NCBI GenBank assembly: GCA_002781785.1
Contig: PFGC01000042.1
Coordinates: forward strand, 14,746 to 69,753
Source of the DNA: Candidatus Kerfeldbacteria bacterium CG15_BIG_FIL_POST_REV_8_21_14_020_45_12
GTDB taxonomy: Bacteria; Patescibacteriota; Patescibacteriia; UBA9570; XYC2-FULL-38-9
DNA: 55,008 bases
Direction: 5' to 3'
Shown here: positions 34,752 through 44,278 of the stretch, piece by piece
Numbering within the stretch: the stretch's first letter is position 1
How the letters are laid out: every line of letters begins with the position of its first letter
Position numbers and translations under genes: made by a program
The notes under the pieces: model-generated
Databases searched by the model: none
What the model saw: only the letters and a program-made list of their open reading frames with translations
What the model was told of the DNA's origin: nothing

Positions 34752-36206
34752 CTAGCTTACCTTTTTGGAGCCTGAAATCTCCTCTATCACCGGCTTAACC
34801 TTAACCGCCAGCTTAGTTGAGTCAATCAAAAAATGAGACAAATTTCTGCGCCCGATTAAAATGGGGTATTTCAAATGCGCCCGATCAAATAAATTTGGTT
34901 CAATCGTCATACTGTGACCTGCTAATGAAACCGTCAGCTTTATATTCATTCTGATCGAAACACCATGCGAAGAGCTAACCACCGACAGGCGTGTAATATC
35001 ACTGTGTTCCTTTTTTAATCTCTTGGATAGTTCAGGAAGAATTTCATGGGCCTCTTCCTTGGTGAGGTTGTCGGGCAAGCTCTCGTTTAAGTATGCATCT
35101 ACCGCATCTCCATACCCCAGCTCTCGTGCCAGCCCAATGTCTATAGAGCTATCATCAGCTCCAGTGTCAATTTTAGCTCGGACATTTTTACGAATTTTTT
35201 CTTTACCAAACAATCTAATTGATTCAACTAAACCAATGACCTGTCGTCCTGTCACACTCTCTACCTGATCCTCCAGCTGACCACCAAATAACTCACGGGC
35301 TATGGTAATACCTCGCTCAGGAGTTGGAACTTTTAATCCACGAATTCTTTCCAAGCGCTCTCTTAGTGGTGATAGATTTGCAATCTGAATTCCCAACCCT
35401 GGACGCGCATTTAATTCCAGCACTACTGGTCCTCGCTTTTTATCCACTGAAATATCTACGCCACAATAGGATAACTTCACTACCCTGGCAGCCAGCACCG
35501 CTGTTTTCATTATCTCATTCCAATATGGAACTTTAATTCCTCTAAGTTGAACTTTTGTGTCAGGATGCCTATCAATTATTTTTTCATATAACCACGACTT
35601 CATCACGACATGCGTTGTCATGCCAGTTGTTACGTCAACGCCAATGCCTAGCCCACCCTGCGCTAGATTGGCTTTCCCTCCTGACTTTATAGTTGGCACT
35701 CGCAACATAGCCATCACCGGAACGTTGTTGTATACAATAACTCTAATATCAGGAATGCCGGATGTCGAAAATCTTTTGTATAAAGGATCAACGGTCAACC
35801 TAGCCTCGAACAACACAATGTCCGGTGTATTCAACAGAGAAAAGTTTCCATCTAAGATATTTCTAACATGCGCCAATAGATCTTCTTTACTTAACTCCCG
35901 TTTATTTGTCGATAACCAATTGCCATTTTTTAGACGATTGAATATCAAGACAATACCCTCACCACCCATTCCACGATTTGGTTTAATCACAAAACTATCA
36001 GGCAGTGTATCCCAATCAAAATTCAAGGCTTCCTGGGTTGTCCTGATCACAGCCAACATTTCGGCAGTACTCAAGCCATGCTTGCGTAAAACTTCCTTGG
36101 TTTCCAATTTATTATCGGCTGTATACCGGGCCTTTCGCTTGTTTGCTCGCAGGTAATCAGCACTGCGTGCATTCATGCCTAAGACCTTAGTTCTGTTTCT
36201 CGCCAT
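34752..36206 (-). CDS. Alpha-L-glutamate-ligase-related ATP-grasp (RimK-related) fused to a C-terminal retropepsin-like (DUF785/RimB-type) domain
   Basis: N-terminus VLGMNARSADYLRANKRKARYTADNKLETKEVL and FVIKPNRGMGGEGIVLI (ATP-grasp), LELNARPG. The C-terminal half has VRAKIDTGADDSSID (D-T-G-A aspartyl motif). Confidence 0.75.
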   Translation of the reverse strand: MARNRTKVLGMNARSADYLRANKRKARYTADNKLETKEVLRKHGLSTAEMLAVIRTTQEALNFDWDTLPDSFVIKPNRGMGGEGIVLIFNRLKNGNWLSTNKRELSKEDLLAHVRNILDGNFSLLNTPDIVLFEARLTVDPLYKRFSTSGIPDIRVIVYNNVPVMAMLRVPTIKSGGKANLAQGGLGIGVDVTTGMTTHVVMKSWLYEKIIDRHPDTKVQLRGIKVPYWNEIMKTAVLAARVVKLSYCGVDISVDKKRGPVVLELNARPGLGIQIANLSPLRERLERIRGLKVPTPERGITIARELFGGQLEDQVESVTGRQVIGLVESIRLFGKEKIRKNVRAKIDTGADDSSIDIGLARELGYGDAVDAYLNESLPDNLTKEEAHEILPELSKRLKKEHSDITRLSVVSSSHGVSIRMNIKLTVSLAGHSMTIEPNLFDRAHLKYPILIGRRNLSHFLIDSTKLAVKVKPVIEEISGSKKVS

Positions 36207-37818
36207 GTTTCATCTGTTTTAAAACCTTGTGGAAGCGAATATATTCCATCAACCTTAATCCCGAGAATTTGCCCATGAAATAGTTGAACAATAGGGTGAG
36301 AAGAATCAACTCAGGATAGGCCAATATCGTCGTCTTAAACAACGTCCAGTCTCCAATAAAGAAACCGATTACAGAAAGAGCTAGGGTTTCCAAGGTGAGC
36401 TTTACTGCTGTTTTATATCCCTGCTCAACTTGAACCGATACAAAATGCTCAGTCAATACTGTCATGATTAGAATTGGGAATATCGATATCGTAATAAATC
36501 CAGTTTTTCCCAAAACCGCCCCCAGCAAAAACATGAAAAAAATTGCTAGGGCCAGGAATGACAAGACCAATGCCATCCGCGGCAAGTACAACACTCTGAA
36601 CTTACGAGCCAACAGGCGTCCGAGCGTTCCAAGTACAATAATCGCAGCAAACACAGTTATACCGTACTTCAAACCAGTCGCTAAAAATGTTAAAGCGATG
36701 ACCGTAGGTGCAAAAATACCGAAGGCCTTAATCCCAACCAGCTGACGACCCGCTGCAATTACCGTGGCCATTAGCGGCAACATCAAAATCAAATACAACG
36801 AGTTCACAGGCACACCTTTATTGATCATGTAATTCATGGCGTAAGACATGAAATTAAAGGGACCAAGCTCTCTCAAGCCTCTCTCTGTATATGCATTAAT
36901 CAATTGATGATTGGCGTCTACTCTATTCAAACTAGCTTGCAAGGACTCTGGGCTCTTGGCACGAATAACATCATCTAAAATCTTTTCATCCGACACCACA
37001 ATATAACGAGGATTAATCGACTGAAAAGTACTTTGCGCAGTTCGAGCGCTCGTGTTTAAAGATTGATCATTGTTGATGGCAACAATTGCCTTGTCTGGAA
37101 AACCAAAAGGTTGAATTGAGTCTTCACCAGACAACGCCTCAATTCTAGACAACTCAATTAGAGAATTTAAACCAACGTTACCAGCAGTCCAAGTTATTAT
37201 AATATCAGACGCTACTACATCCTCTCGTTTTTTTGCGAGCTTCTGAGCAATATTTTGAACAGTCAAAAATTCTTGATCGACTCCGCTATCACGCACGGTG
37301 ATCAAAAGAACCCCCTGGGTCAGGGCATAATCATGTAATTCATCTAGAGCTTCTTTATCAACACTTTGATCTGTGATCAGTAGCATTAGCGTATCCTGCA
37401 CTGACACAATAATACTTGCACTACTTGCCTCGTAATTATCATCACCCTCTTCACCAACAGTTGCATCTAGAGTAACTCTATACGTCCCAGGAGAATCGTA
37501 AGCATAAGTCGCGTCAATTCCTCCGGCCACATTACCGTCTCCAAAATCCCAAACATAACTAACATCCTTACCCTCTCGACCAGTTGAAGCAGATGCGTCA
37601 AAAAGAATCGTGCGACCAACTCCAACGTTAACATCCTCTCCCGCATTCGCGTTGAGAGGCTCTTTATTTAAACTTTCATCAACAGCCTCATCAACACTAA
37701 CCTGATCTGCGTCAACTTCCTGAGCAAGACTAGTAGCTGGCATTACGCCAATTAAAATAGAGGCTGTAAAAAAAACTGCCAGGATTTGATAATTGAGTTT
37801 TGAAGAAATAACTTTCAT
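36187..37818 (-). CDS. Signal peptide, PKD domain and C-terminal 7TM module (7TM_transglut/UUP1-like) membrane protein
   Basis: Signal ILAVFFTASILIGVMPATSLAQE. PKD VSYVWDFGDGN..YAYDSPGTYRVTLDATV. C-terminal polytopic region RQLVGIKAFGIFAPTVIALTFLATGL... It overlaps the ATP-grasp gene by 20 nt. Confidence 0.65.
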   Translation of the reverse strand: MKVISSKLNYQILAVFFTASILIGVMPATSLAQEVDADQVSVDEAVDESLNKEPLNANAGEDVNVGVGRTILFDASASTGREGKDVSYVWDFGDGNVAGGIDATYAYDSPGTYRVTLDATVGEEGDDNYEASSASIIVSVQDTLMLLITDQSVDKEALDELHDYALTQGVLLITVRDSGVDQEFLTVQNIAQKLAKKREDVVASDIIITWTAGNVGLNSLIELSRIEALSGEDSIQPFGFPDKAIVAINNDQSLNTSARTAQSTFQSINPRYIVVSDEKILDDVIRAKSPESLQASLNRVDANHQLINAYTERGLRELGPFNFMSYAMNYMINKGVPVNSLYLILMLPLMATVIAAGRQLVGIKAFGIFAPTVIALTFLATGLKYGITVFAAIIVLGTLGRLLARKFRVLYLPRMALVLSFLALAIFFMFLLGAVLGKTGFITISIFPILIMTVLTEHFVSVQVEQGYKTAVKLTLETLALSVIGFFIGDWTLFKTTILAYPELILLTLLFNYFMGKFSGLRLMEYIRFHKVLKQMKHGEKQN

Positions 37819-37824
37819 AATTTA

Positions 37825-38319
37825 TCAATAATTCTGTTGCTGATTACGTTTATACATTGCCCCGGCTGCTACGGCAACCGCTACGGCGTCGGCCGCATCG
37901 TCAGGTTGCGGTGGTTCAGAGAGTCCAAAGTTCAACTGCACCATCTTTTGAACCTCTTTCTTATCCGCGTTACCTGATCCAGTCATAGCCTGTTTAACCT
38001 CAACGGGCTTTATTTCAATAATTGGTAACTTACTTTCCGCTAGACATAAGAGTATCACGCCACGGGCCTGTCCGACCAGAAAGGCAGTCGTGACATTCTT
38101 TGCGAAAAATAATTCCTCAACTCCAGCCACATCGATTTTACCAAACTTTATCAATAGAGCAGATAAATCTGTATACAGTTCGGCCAGTCGCTCCGCCGTC
38201 GAAAGTTCACGACTCGTCCGCACTACGCCACATTCGATTAATTCAGGTCTTCCAGGACCAATCTCAATTAATCCAAAGCCCATCAGATCGATGCCGGGGT
38301 CAATGCCCAATACGCGCAT
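37825..38319 (-). CDS. ruvC: Crossover junction endodeoxyribonuclease RuvC
   Basis: MRVLGIDPG, VAGVEELFF, KEVQKMV, and DAADAVAVAV. Confidence 0.92.
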   Translation of the reverse strand: MRVLGIDPGIDLMGFGLIEIGPGRPELIECGVVRTSRELSTAERLAELYTDLSALLIKFGKIDVAGVEELFFAKNVTTAFLVGQARGVILLCLAESKLPIIEIKPVEVKQAMTGSGNADKKEVQKMVQLNFGLSEPPQPDDAADAVAVAVAAGAMYKRNQQQNY

Positions 38320-38320
38320 A

Positions 38321-39043
38321 TTATTTGAGGTTGGTAAAAACGCTATTCACATCATCTAACTCTTCGAGTTGTTCGATGAGTTCTTCCACTTTTTGTGCAT
38401 CGCTCTCTGTAACTTCGATTTTATTATTAGTTACATATTCTAAGCCTGCAAATGAAATACCGATACCAGCTTCCTCAAGAGCCGAAACAAGTGAATTTAA
38501 ATTCCCTCTTCCGGTGACCAAGGTAATACCCTCATCTTCCGACTGAATGTCTTCAGCCCCATTGTCGATTGATATCATTTCTAAGTCATCCATTGTTTTT
38601 GCTCCCATGTCATCCTTAGCAACGCGCACAACTCCCTTTTGCTCAAACATATACAAAACACTCCCACTACTACCAAGTGTGCTCCCCGCTCTCGTTAAGG
38701 TACTACGAACCTCAGCTACAGTGCGATTTGTGTTATCTGTTACGCATTCAATAATCATTGCAATTCCACCAGCTGCGTAACACTCAAACAAGACCTCTTC
38801 ATAAACTACTCCTGGCAGCTCACCTGCCCCTTTCAAAACCGCCTTCTCAATATTCTCCTTAGGCATACTGGCAGCCCTGGCTTGATCAATGGCAGTTCTC
38901 AACCCAGGGTTCATTTCTGGATCCTTCCCGTTCTTAGCCGCCACCGAAATATTTTTACCTAGCTTAGTAAAAAGCACGCCCTTTTTTTGGTCGTTTGCTC
39001 CTTTTTTCCGCTTTATTTTAGACCACTTGGAATGTCCAGACAT
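38321..39043 (-). CDS. yebC: YebC/PmpR-family transcriptional regulator
   Basis: MSGHSKWSKIKRKKG at the N-terminus. Start set at ATG 39043 rather than the 6-codon-longer ORF start. Confidence 0.92.
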   Translation of the reverse strand: MSGHSKWSKIKRKKGANDQKKGVLFTKLGKNISVAAKNGKDPEMNPGLRTAIDQARAASMPKENIEKAVLKGAGELPGVVYEEVLFECYAAGGIAMIIECVTDNTNRTVAEVRSTLTRAGSTLGSSGSVLYMFEQKGVVRVAKDDMGAKTMDDLEMISIDNGAEDIQSEDEGITLVTGRGNLNSLVSALEEAGIGISFAGLEYVTNNKIEVTESDAQKVEELIEQLEELDDVNSVFTNLK

Positions 39044-39333
39044 ATTGCTTGTAAATAACATGGCATAATAAATCTTGCCTACCAGCTCTGCTTTTCGACC
39101 GCATTCTATCTATTTACGGCCCCTTAGTCAATCCTATTTGCAAAAATACAACGCTACAATTACGCTGACTATTAAAGATTGATAATCCAAAAGTAACTAA
39201 TGATTGAAACTTTCAATCTCCTCAAAAAGTAGACTGCTTCGTACCCATAAGAAATATATCCGAACTGTTGCCTGAAAAAACAGGACAAGTTATCATCTAC
39301 AAACCTATATTTGAAAAATCCTAACAATATACT

Positions 39334-40404
39334 ATGCATTCTCTAGAAAGATCCGACATTGCCAAGCTTGATAAGCAAAACATGCTTTCCTCCATAGAAG
39401 TCCTGCACCAACAGTGCTCTGACGCTTGGGAAGCCACAAAAAAAACCGAGTTTCCAGACAGTTACCGAAATGTAGACCGCATCGTCTGGTTTGGCATGGG
39501 CGGATCTGCCCTTGGCATTGATGTCATCAAATCCTTATTCTCTGATGAAATCACCCTTCCAATCGAAATAGTAAATGACTACCAAATTCCTGCGACCGTC
39601 ACTCCCAATACTCTGGTCATTCTATCCAGCTATTCCGGCACTACCGAAGAAGTGGTTGAAGTTAGTCAAACTATTCTAGACCGTACAAAAAATGTTTTTG
39701 TTGTAGCTACCGGCGGAGATTTGGAAACCTTTGCCTCCACGCACAATCTACCCGCTTATATATTTAAGCCCGAGTTCAACCCGAGTAACCAGCCACGCAT
39801 GGCAGTGGGCTACGCTGTGATGGGAACACTAGGAGCCTTTTCTTCATTGGGATTTGTTAACATCTCCGACGAGCAGGTGACAAACATGACAACAGAGCTT
39901 GAAAGGCTTAGTCATGTCGTAGGGGCAGACGTACCGACCGAAGTCAATCCAATCAAACAACTAGCGGTTTCAGCTCAAGATAAATTTATTCAATTTATCA
40001 GCTCTGAATTTCTACTAGGAGCCACTCACGTAATGACCAACCAAACCAACGAGAATGGAAAACACATCGCTGGTCGCTTCCCAATTCCAGAAATGAACCA
40101 TCATCTAATTGAGGGGCTTGTCTATCCAAAAGAATTACTTGAGCAAACCCTCTTCGTCTTTATCACTAGTGATTTATACCACCCTCGCAATCAGGTGCGT
40201 CATAAGGTTACCGCTGAAGTAGTTGAGAAAAACAATATTGGTACTGGTGAAATAAACTTAACCGGCTCTAGTAAGTTCATTCAAGCTTTTGAGCTTCTCC
40301 TGTACGGAAGCTACCTCTCCTTTTATCTAGCTATGGTTCACGAGATCGACCCTTCTCCAATTCCCAATGTCGACTATCTAAAAGAAGCTCTAAAAAAAGC
40401 TTGA
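39334..40404 (+). CDS. SIS-domain bifunctional phosphoglucose/phosphomannose isomerase-type protein
   Basis: VWFGMGGSALGIDVI, LVILSSYSGTTEE, FVVATGG. 356 aa. Confidence 0.8.
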   Translation: MHSLERSDIAKLDKQNMLSSIEVLHQQCSDAWEATKKTEFPDSYRNVDRIVWFGMGGSALGIDVIKSLFSDEITLPIEIVNDYQIPATVTPNTLVILSSYSGTTEEVVEVSQTILDRTKNVFVVATGGDLETFASTHNLPAYIFKPEFNPSNQPRMAVGYAVMGTLGAFSSLGFVNISDEQVTNMTTELERLSHVVGADVPTEVNPIKQLAVSAQDKFIQFISSEFLLGATHVMTNQTNENGKHIAGRFPIPEMNHHLIEGLVYPKELLEQTLFVFITSDLYHPRNQVRHKVTAEVVEKNNIGTGEINLTGSSKFIQAFELLLYGSYLSFYLAMVHEIDPSPIPNVDYLKEALKKA

Positions 40405-40476
40405 CACGAACTAGGGTCATTGCTACCGTCATTTTAGTTCCCACTCGGAGGCCGCCGTCAGGCGACAAGCGGGAAC

Positions 40477-40519
40477 ACTCCCGCTGGTCCCATGCTTGCC
40501 AGCGGGAGTCTTTCGTTTT
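40477..40519 (+). terminator. Intrinsic terminator after the isomerase gene, the 3' part of a larger structured element (40437-40519)
   Basis: actcccgctgg (40477-87) pairs with ccagcgggagt (40499-509), followed by ctttcgtttt. Confidence 0.65.
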
Positions 40520-40585
40520 AGGCTTAACTCACATCTGACCATAACCTCTTACTCCAGCGTTAGATTGAAACCCTCCCCTCCACAT

Positions 40586-42220
40586 ATGCACCGTAATTCC
40601 AAAGCTCTGCTTCTAAAAAAAATATGGCTCGACCATCAAAATTGGTTCGTTCCAATTTTATTATCCTGCTTGGCAGCTGTATTGTTTACTCTCTATCTAT
40701 CAGCGCCCACCTTTAAAGATCCCGACTCTTTTTATCACCTCAAAATTGCTGAATTAATGATGGACAGTAAGTCCGCCATCGTTGATTTTCCATGGTTACC
40801 ATTTACTACTCTAGGCGATGCCTATGTCGATCATCATTTTCTGTACCACGTTTTCTTAATCCCATTTATTCTAATACTACCTCCCATCACCGGCATGAAG
40901 GTCGCCACCGTGCTACTTGCCACCGGAACCATTGCCCTTTTTACCATTCTGCTGCAGTCACACAGAGTTCGCTATGCGCCTTTCTTTGTCCTAACTTTAT
41001 TATTTTCACAGCCCTTTGCCTTCCGCATGGGCCTCTCAAAAGCCCCTAGCTTTGCCTTTCTTTTTCTAGTTGGTGGTTTTTGGCTGATAACAACTCGTCG
41101 TTTTCGAATGCTTGCACTAGTCAGTTTTTTCTTCGTGTGGAGTTACGGCGGCTTCATTCTTCTGCCAATCCTTGGTACGACCTACTCCATCATCGACATA
41201 ATCAGGCACAGATTTATCAATAGATCGTGGCCAAACTTACGCCAAACCCTCACCGCCAGCAAGCCGCTATTAACGACTTACCTTGGCACAATTGCTGGCC
41301 TCCTGATACATCCATCTTTCCCTCAACATCTTCAATTCTACTGGCAACAGGTAATACAAATAGGTTTAATTAATTATGGCGGACAAATCGGCGTTGGTGG
41401 CGAATGGTACCCACTAGCGTTCTCTGATTTAATTGCCGGAATCATTCTTCCAAGCGCGCTCTGCCTGATTGCCATCGTCGCAATCCTGGCAACTCTAAAA
41501 AAACAATCGGTAGCGGGACTAACCGCCCTGTGCATGACCTTGGTCTTTTTTCTGTTTACTCTAAAATCTCAGCGCTATATCGAGTACTACGTACCGTGGG
41601 CAGTACTATTTTCCGCTCTTGCTCTGCAAGCCTCTGGCTGGCTCGATTGGATTCCTGCTTTAATAAAACGAGCTAATCACCGCTGGTTCACCGATGCATT
41701 CACCACTACCATCGGCGCTCTAACTTTATTTTACTTAATCTTCATAATTCCAAGCATCTGGATAATGAATGCCCAGTCGACTTACAGCGGACTCCACGGT
41801 GGAATTCCAGTTGATAATTTTAGTGGCGCTGGAACCTGGTTAAGAGCTCATGCCACCAAGGGTGACATCATCTTTCATAGCGATTGGGACACCTTCCCAC
41901 AAATGTTTTACCAAGCTGCCCGCGGACGCTATATTGCTGGACTAGACCCTACCTTTCTATACAACAAATCTCCAGACCTTTATAGCGCGTGGGTTGGCAT
42001 CACCACTGGCAAGACATCTGATAATCTATTAGAAACCATTCAAGGTGACTTTCACGCTCGCTTCGTCATTATTGAAAATGATCACGAAAGCATGTTAAGA
42101 AATATCACCAACGACGGTCGCTTCACCTGGGTCTACGAAGATAATGATTACACCATCTTTCGGGTACCGCGCCTACCAGCCATAACCCCAGAGGCTACTA
42201 CTGAGCCCGTGAATCAATAA
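40586..42220 (+). CDS. Polytopic membrane protein, GT-C-fold glycosyltransferase-like (ArnT/PMT-type)
   Basis: More than 10 hydrophobic helices. Early periplasmic-loop acidic motif FKDPDSFYHLKIAELM. Soluble C-terminal ~130 aa. Start moved to ATG 40586 because the upstream 30 codons cover the terminator. Confidence 0.5.
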   Translation: MHRNSKALLLKKIWLDHQNWFVPILLSCLAAVLFTLYLSAPTFKDPDSFYHLKIAELMMDSKSAIVDFPWLPFTTLGDAYVDHHFLYHVFLIPFILILPPITGMKVATVLLATGTIALFTILLQSHRVRYAPFFVLTLLFSQPFAFRMGLSKAPSFAFLFLVGGFWLITTRRFRMLALVSFFFVWSYGGFILLPILGTTYSIIDIIRHRFINRSWPNLRQTLTASKPLLTTYLGTIAGLLIHPSFPQHLQFYWQQVIQIGLINYGGQIGVGGEWYPLAFSDLIAGIILPSALCLIAIVAILATLKKQSVAGLTALCMTLVFFLFTLKSQRYIEYYVPWAVLFSALALQASGWLDWIPALIKRANHRWFTDAFTTTIGALTLFYLIFIIPSIWIMNAQSTYSGLHGGIPVDNFSGAGTWLRAHATKGDIIFHSDWDTFPQMFYQAARGRYIAGLDPTFLYNKSPDLYSAWVGITTGKTSDNLLETIQGDFHARFVIIENDHESMLRNITNDGRFTWVYEDNDYTIFRVPRLPAITPEATTEPVNQ

Positions 42221-44198
42221 AACCATCTAGTGTAAAGTTGAAACGCCTAGATTCATCAAGCACTGGATCAACCGATGCCATTGAAAAAAATGGTCCATCC
42301 TTGCGTGTCAACACGCCAAAGGAAGCTTCCAAAGTAACAGCGTCTATCGGGAACGTCAGTGGCACATGAATAACACACTCCTGTGATTCTCCACCATCTG
42401 GCCAAGCATGCGTTGGGTCCAAACCATAACCTAGAGCAATTAATTTATTCTCTAACACTTCTCCATCTTCGTCTTTCCAGGTCAGCAATAAATGTTCATC
42501 GTCCTTAATTGCCGAATGTTTATCGGTTTTTTTTAAAACCAATTGCAAATCAGCTCGACCATCTGGCAAAGATTCTTTATTCCAGCCAACGAAAACAATG
42601 TCATCATTGATCAATTTTCCAACTTTATTGGCAATGACCTTTGGTTTGCCCTCTGTCGCTAAAACTATTTCATCAACCTTCTCCGGACCATACACTACCA
42701 AATCTTCGGTAAGCAAAGCCAATTTTAGATTATTTCTGTCTATTATTTGCTGGAAACGCTCTCCTGATTTATCCCTCTCATCCAGTGGTATATAAATGCC
42801 TGCCCGTAAAATTTCTTCCTGCTCTAAGACCAGCCAATCAACCTTGTCCGGGAGTTCGTATGGCACTTCAGAAAAATGCCGTTTCCCAGTAAAAATATGC
42901 TGGGCATAATACAAATTTTCACGATGGGCTAAGTAAGTAACAAACCGACTTGTAACCAAAACCGAATCATTCGGCCCTATCATCTCCAAAACAGAACGAT
43001 AGTCCTCCACATTACGTTCACTCATGGCTTTGTAGTCATGACTAATTGACCAAACTGGATTAAGGGCCACTGCATGAAAAATTGTAAACAATACAACAAA
43101 CAACGGAGCCGACCAACGCAGTTCGAAACCAGAAAAAATAGAACGCTCACTTAAACGAACAGTATGTTGCCTCAACCTAATCCATCCATGTACAGCAGCC
43201 AGCATCAACCATGGCGCCACTAGAGCTGCGTAGTGCCCTTTAAGAATTGGTGCCAAAATATACTCTGGAATGAACAGATAAATAGCCAAAGGCAACACCG
43301 CAGGGATTAGATATCGAAGTCTCAGTAGCGGTAGAAAGCCAAGCTGAGCCACTAAAAACCACAGGTATAAGGCATGATCTCGATCTAAGATAACTTCGGC
43401 CGCATCACGCGGATGTCTAAACACGTGAATGATAGCCTGAGCCGGTGTATCACCTAAGTATGAATAAAACACAAAAAATTTAGCGGCGCCATCGGGTGCA
43501 GCCCAGGCTCCCAGCGACATCATTAAAACAAACCAAATGACCGAAATACCGGCCAATATAATACTTTTTCGCCAAACGGCTCGGCCATAAATAATTGGCA
43601 GCAAAACCGAAACTCCAAAAAGAACCAAGGCCAAATCCTCTCGGATTAACAACAAAGTAAAAACTAATATCCAAAACATTGACCACCTGGCATTCATAAC
43701 ACTCCACCACAGCCACAACAATAATCCAGTTGCAAATGTCAGCATGTGAAACTCAGACGTCGCCTGAGACGAAGTAGATGACATTGATAAATATACGCCA
43801 ACTACAACAATCGCTAATCGCTCGGCCCAAGTCTCACCAGCCTCAGTTAATATCTGTTTAGAAATCAAATAGAGCGGTACAGCCGCCATCGCCAGTCCAC
43901 ACGCTTGAACCACTAACAAAATAAACGGATCAGCTATTAACCAATATACTGGCACAAAAAGCAAGAGTAACCAAGACCGATGATCGACGATATAAGAATA
44001 ATTGTTAAAGGAATATTCATACCAACGTCCGTGGGCAGAATTCCAGATTACCTGATCAAAAATTGACAGGTCTAGATCATCAAATAAAAACCAGTGTAAC
44101 TGCATAAGGTTTGTCGTGATGACGCTTAACACAAAGATAAGTATCATCAGCCACACTAAAACTGGAATGCCCGCGAATTGTCTTTTATACCAGCTCAT
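42198..44198 (-). CDS. Polytopic membrane protein, DUF2079-like (GT-C-like) with a ~270-aa soluble C-terminal domain
   Basis: FDDLDLSIFDQVIWNSAHG resembles the DUF2079 D.g.fDQ..wn motif, followed by many TM helices. Its 3' end overlaps the convergent gene by 23 nt. Confidence 0.5.
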   Translation of the reverse strand: MSWYKRQFAGIPVLVWLMILIFVLSVITTNLMQLHWFLFDDLDLSIFDQVIWNSAHGRWYEYSFNNYSYIVDHRSWLLLLFVPVYWLIADPFILLVVQACGLAMAAVPLYLISKQILTEAGETWAERLAIVVVGVYLSMSSTSSQATSEFHMLTFATGLLLWLWWSVMNARWSMFWILVFTLLLIREDLALVLFGVSVLLPIIYGRAVWRKSIILAGISVIWFVLMMSLGAWAAPDGAAKFFVFYSYLGDTPAQAIIHVFRHPRDAAEVILDRDHALYLWFLVAQLGFLPLLRLRYLIPAVLPLAIYLFIPEYILAPILKGHYAALVAPWLMLAAVHGWIRLRQHTVRLSERSIFSGFELRWSAPLFVVLFTIFHAVALNPVWSISHDYKAMSERNVEDYRSVLEMIGPNDSVLVTSRFVTYLAHRENLYYAQHIFTGKRHFSEVPYELPDKVDWLVLEQEEILRAGIYIPLDERDKSGERFQQIIDRNNLKLALLTEDLVVYGPEKVDEIVLATEGKPKVIANKVGKLINDDIVFVGWNKESLPDGRADLQLVLKKTDKHSAIKDDEHLLLTWKDEDGEVLENKLIALGYGLDPTHAWPDGGESQECVIHVPLTFPIDAVTLEASFGVLTRKDGPFFSMASVDPVLDESRRFNFTLDGFIDSRAQ

Positions 44199-44234
44199 TT
44201 ACCTCACAGTATACACGCTCGAGTGCACAAGGAG

Positions 44235-44265
44235 AAACAAAAAAGCCCGCACGAAGCGGGCTTTT
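44235..44265 (-). terminator. Intrinsic terminator (bidirectional hairpin) after pilin-like gene 1
   Basis: aagcccgc (44243-50) pairs with gcgggctt (44256-63). A T-run follows on the minus strand (plus aaacaaaaa). Confidence 0.7.
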
Positions 44266-44278
44266 CTATATCGCACTA

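Noticed and set aside
34752-34830. N-terminus of the RimK-related ATP-grasp (MARNRTKVLGMNARSADYL, at the gene's 5' end near 36206) looked superficially like the MRR..GRxRAxxL family motif.
   Set aside because: That N-terminus is part of the conserved GMNxRN..Y region of the alpha-L-glutamate-ligase-related family. The rest of the protein is unrelated to P1-P3, and it has no LPPR C-terminus.
35557-36156. A 199-aa plus-strand ORF, together with many 60-140-aa ORFs antisense to rpoC, rpoB, the protease, the ATP-grasp genes and others.
   Set aside because: All lie fully inside well-supported genes on the opposite strand or in another frame. They have no motifs and show biased, low-complexity composition.
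40405-40585. Possible tRNA, SRP RNA or another known small RNA in the structured spacer after the isomerase gene.
   Set aside because: There is no cloverleaf, no T-loop (GTTCRANYC) and no SRP domain IV motif. I keep it only as a terminator or attenuator-like element.
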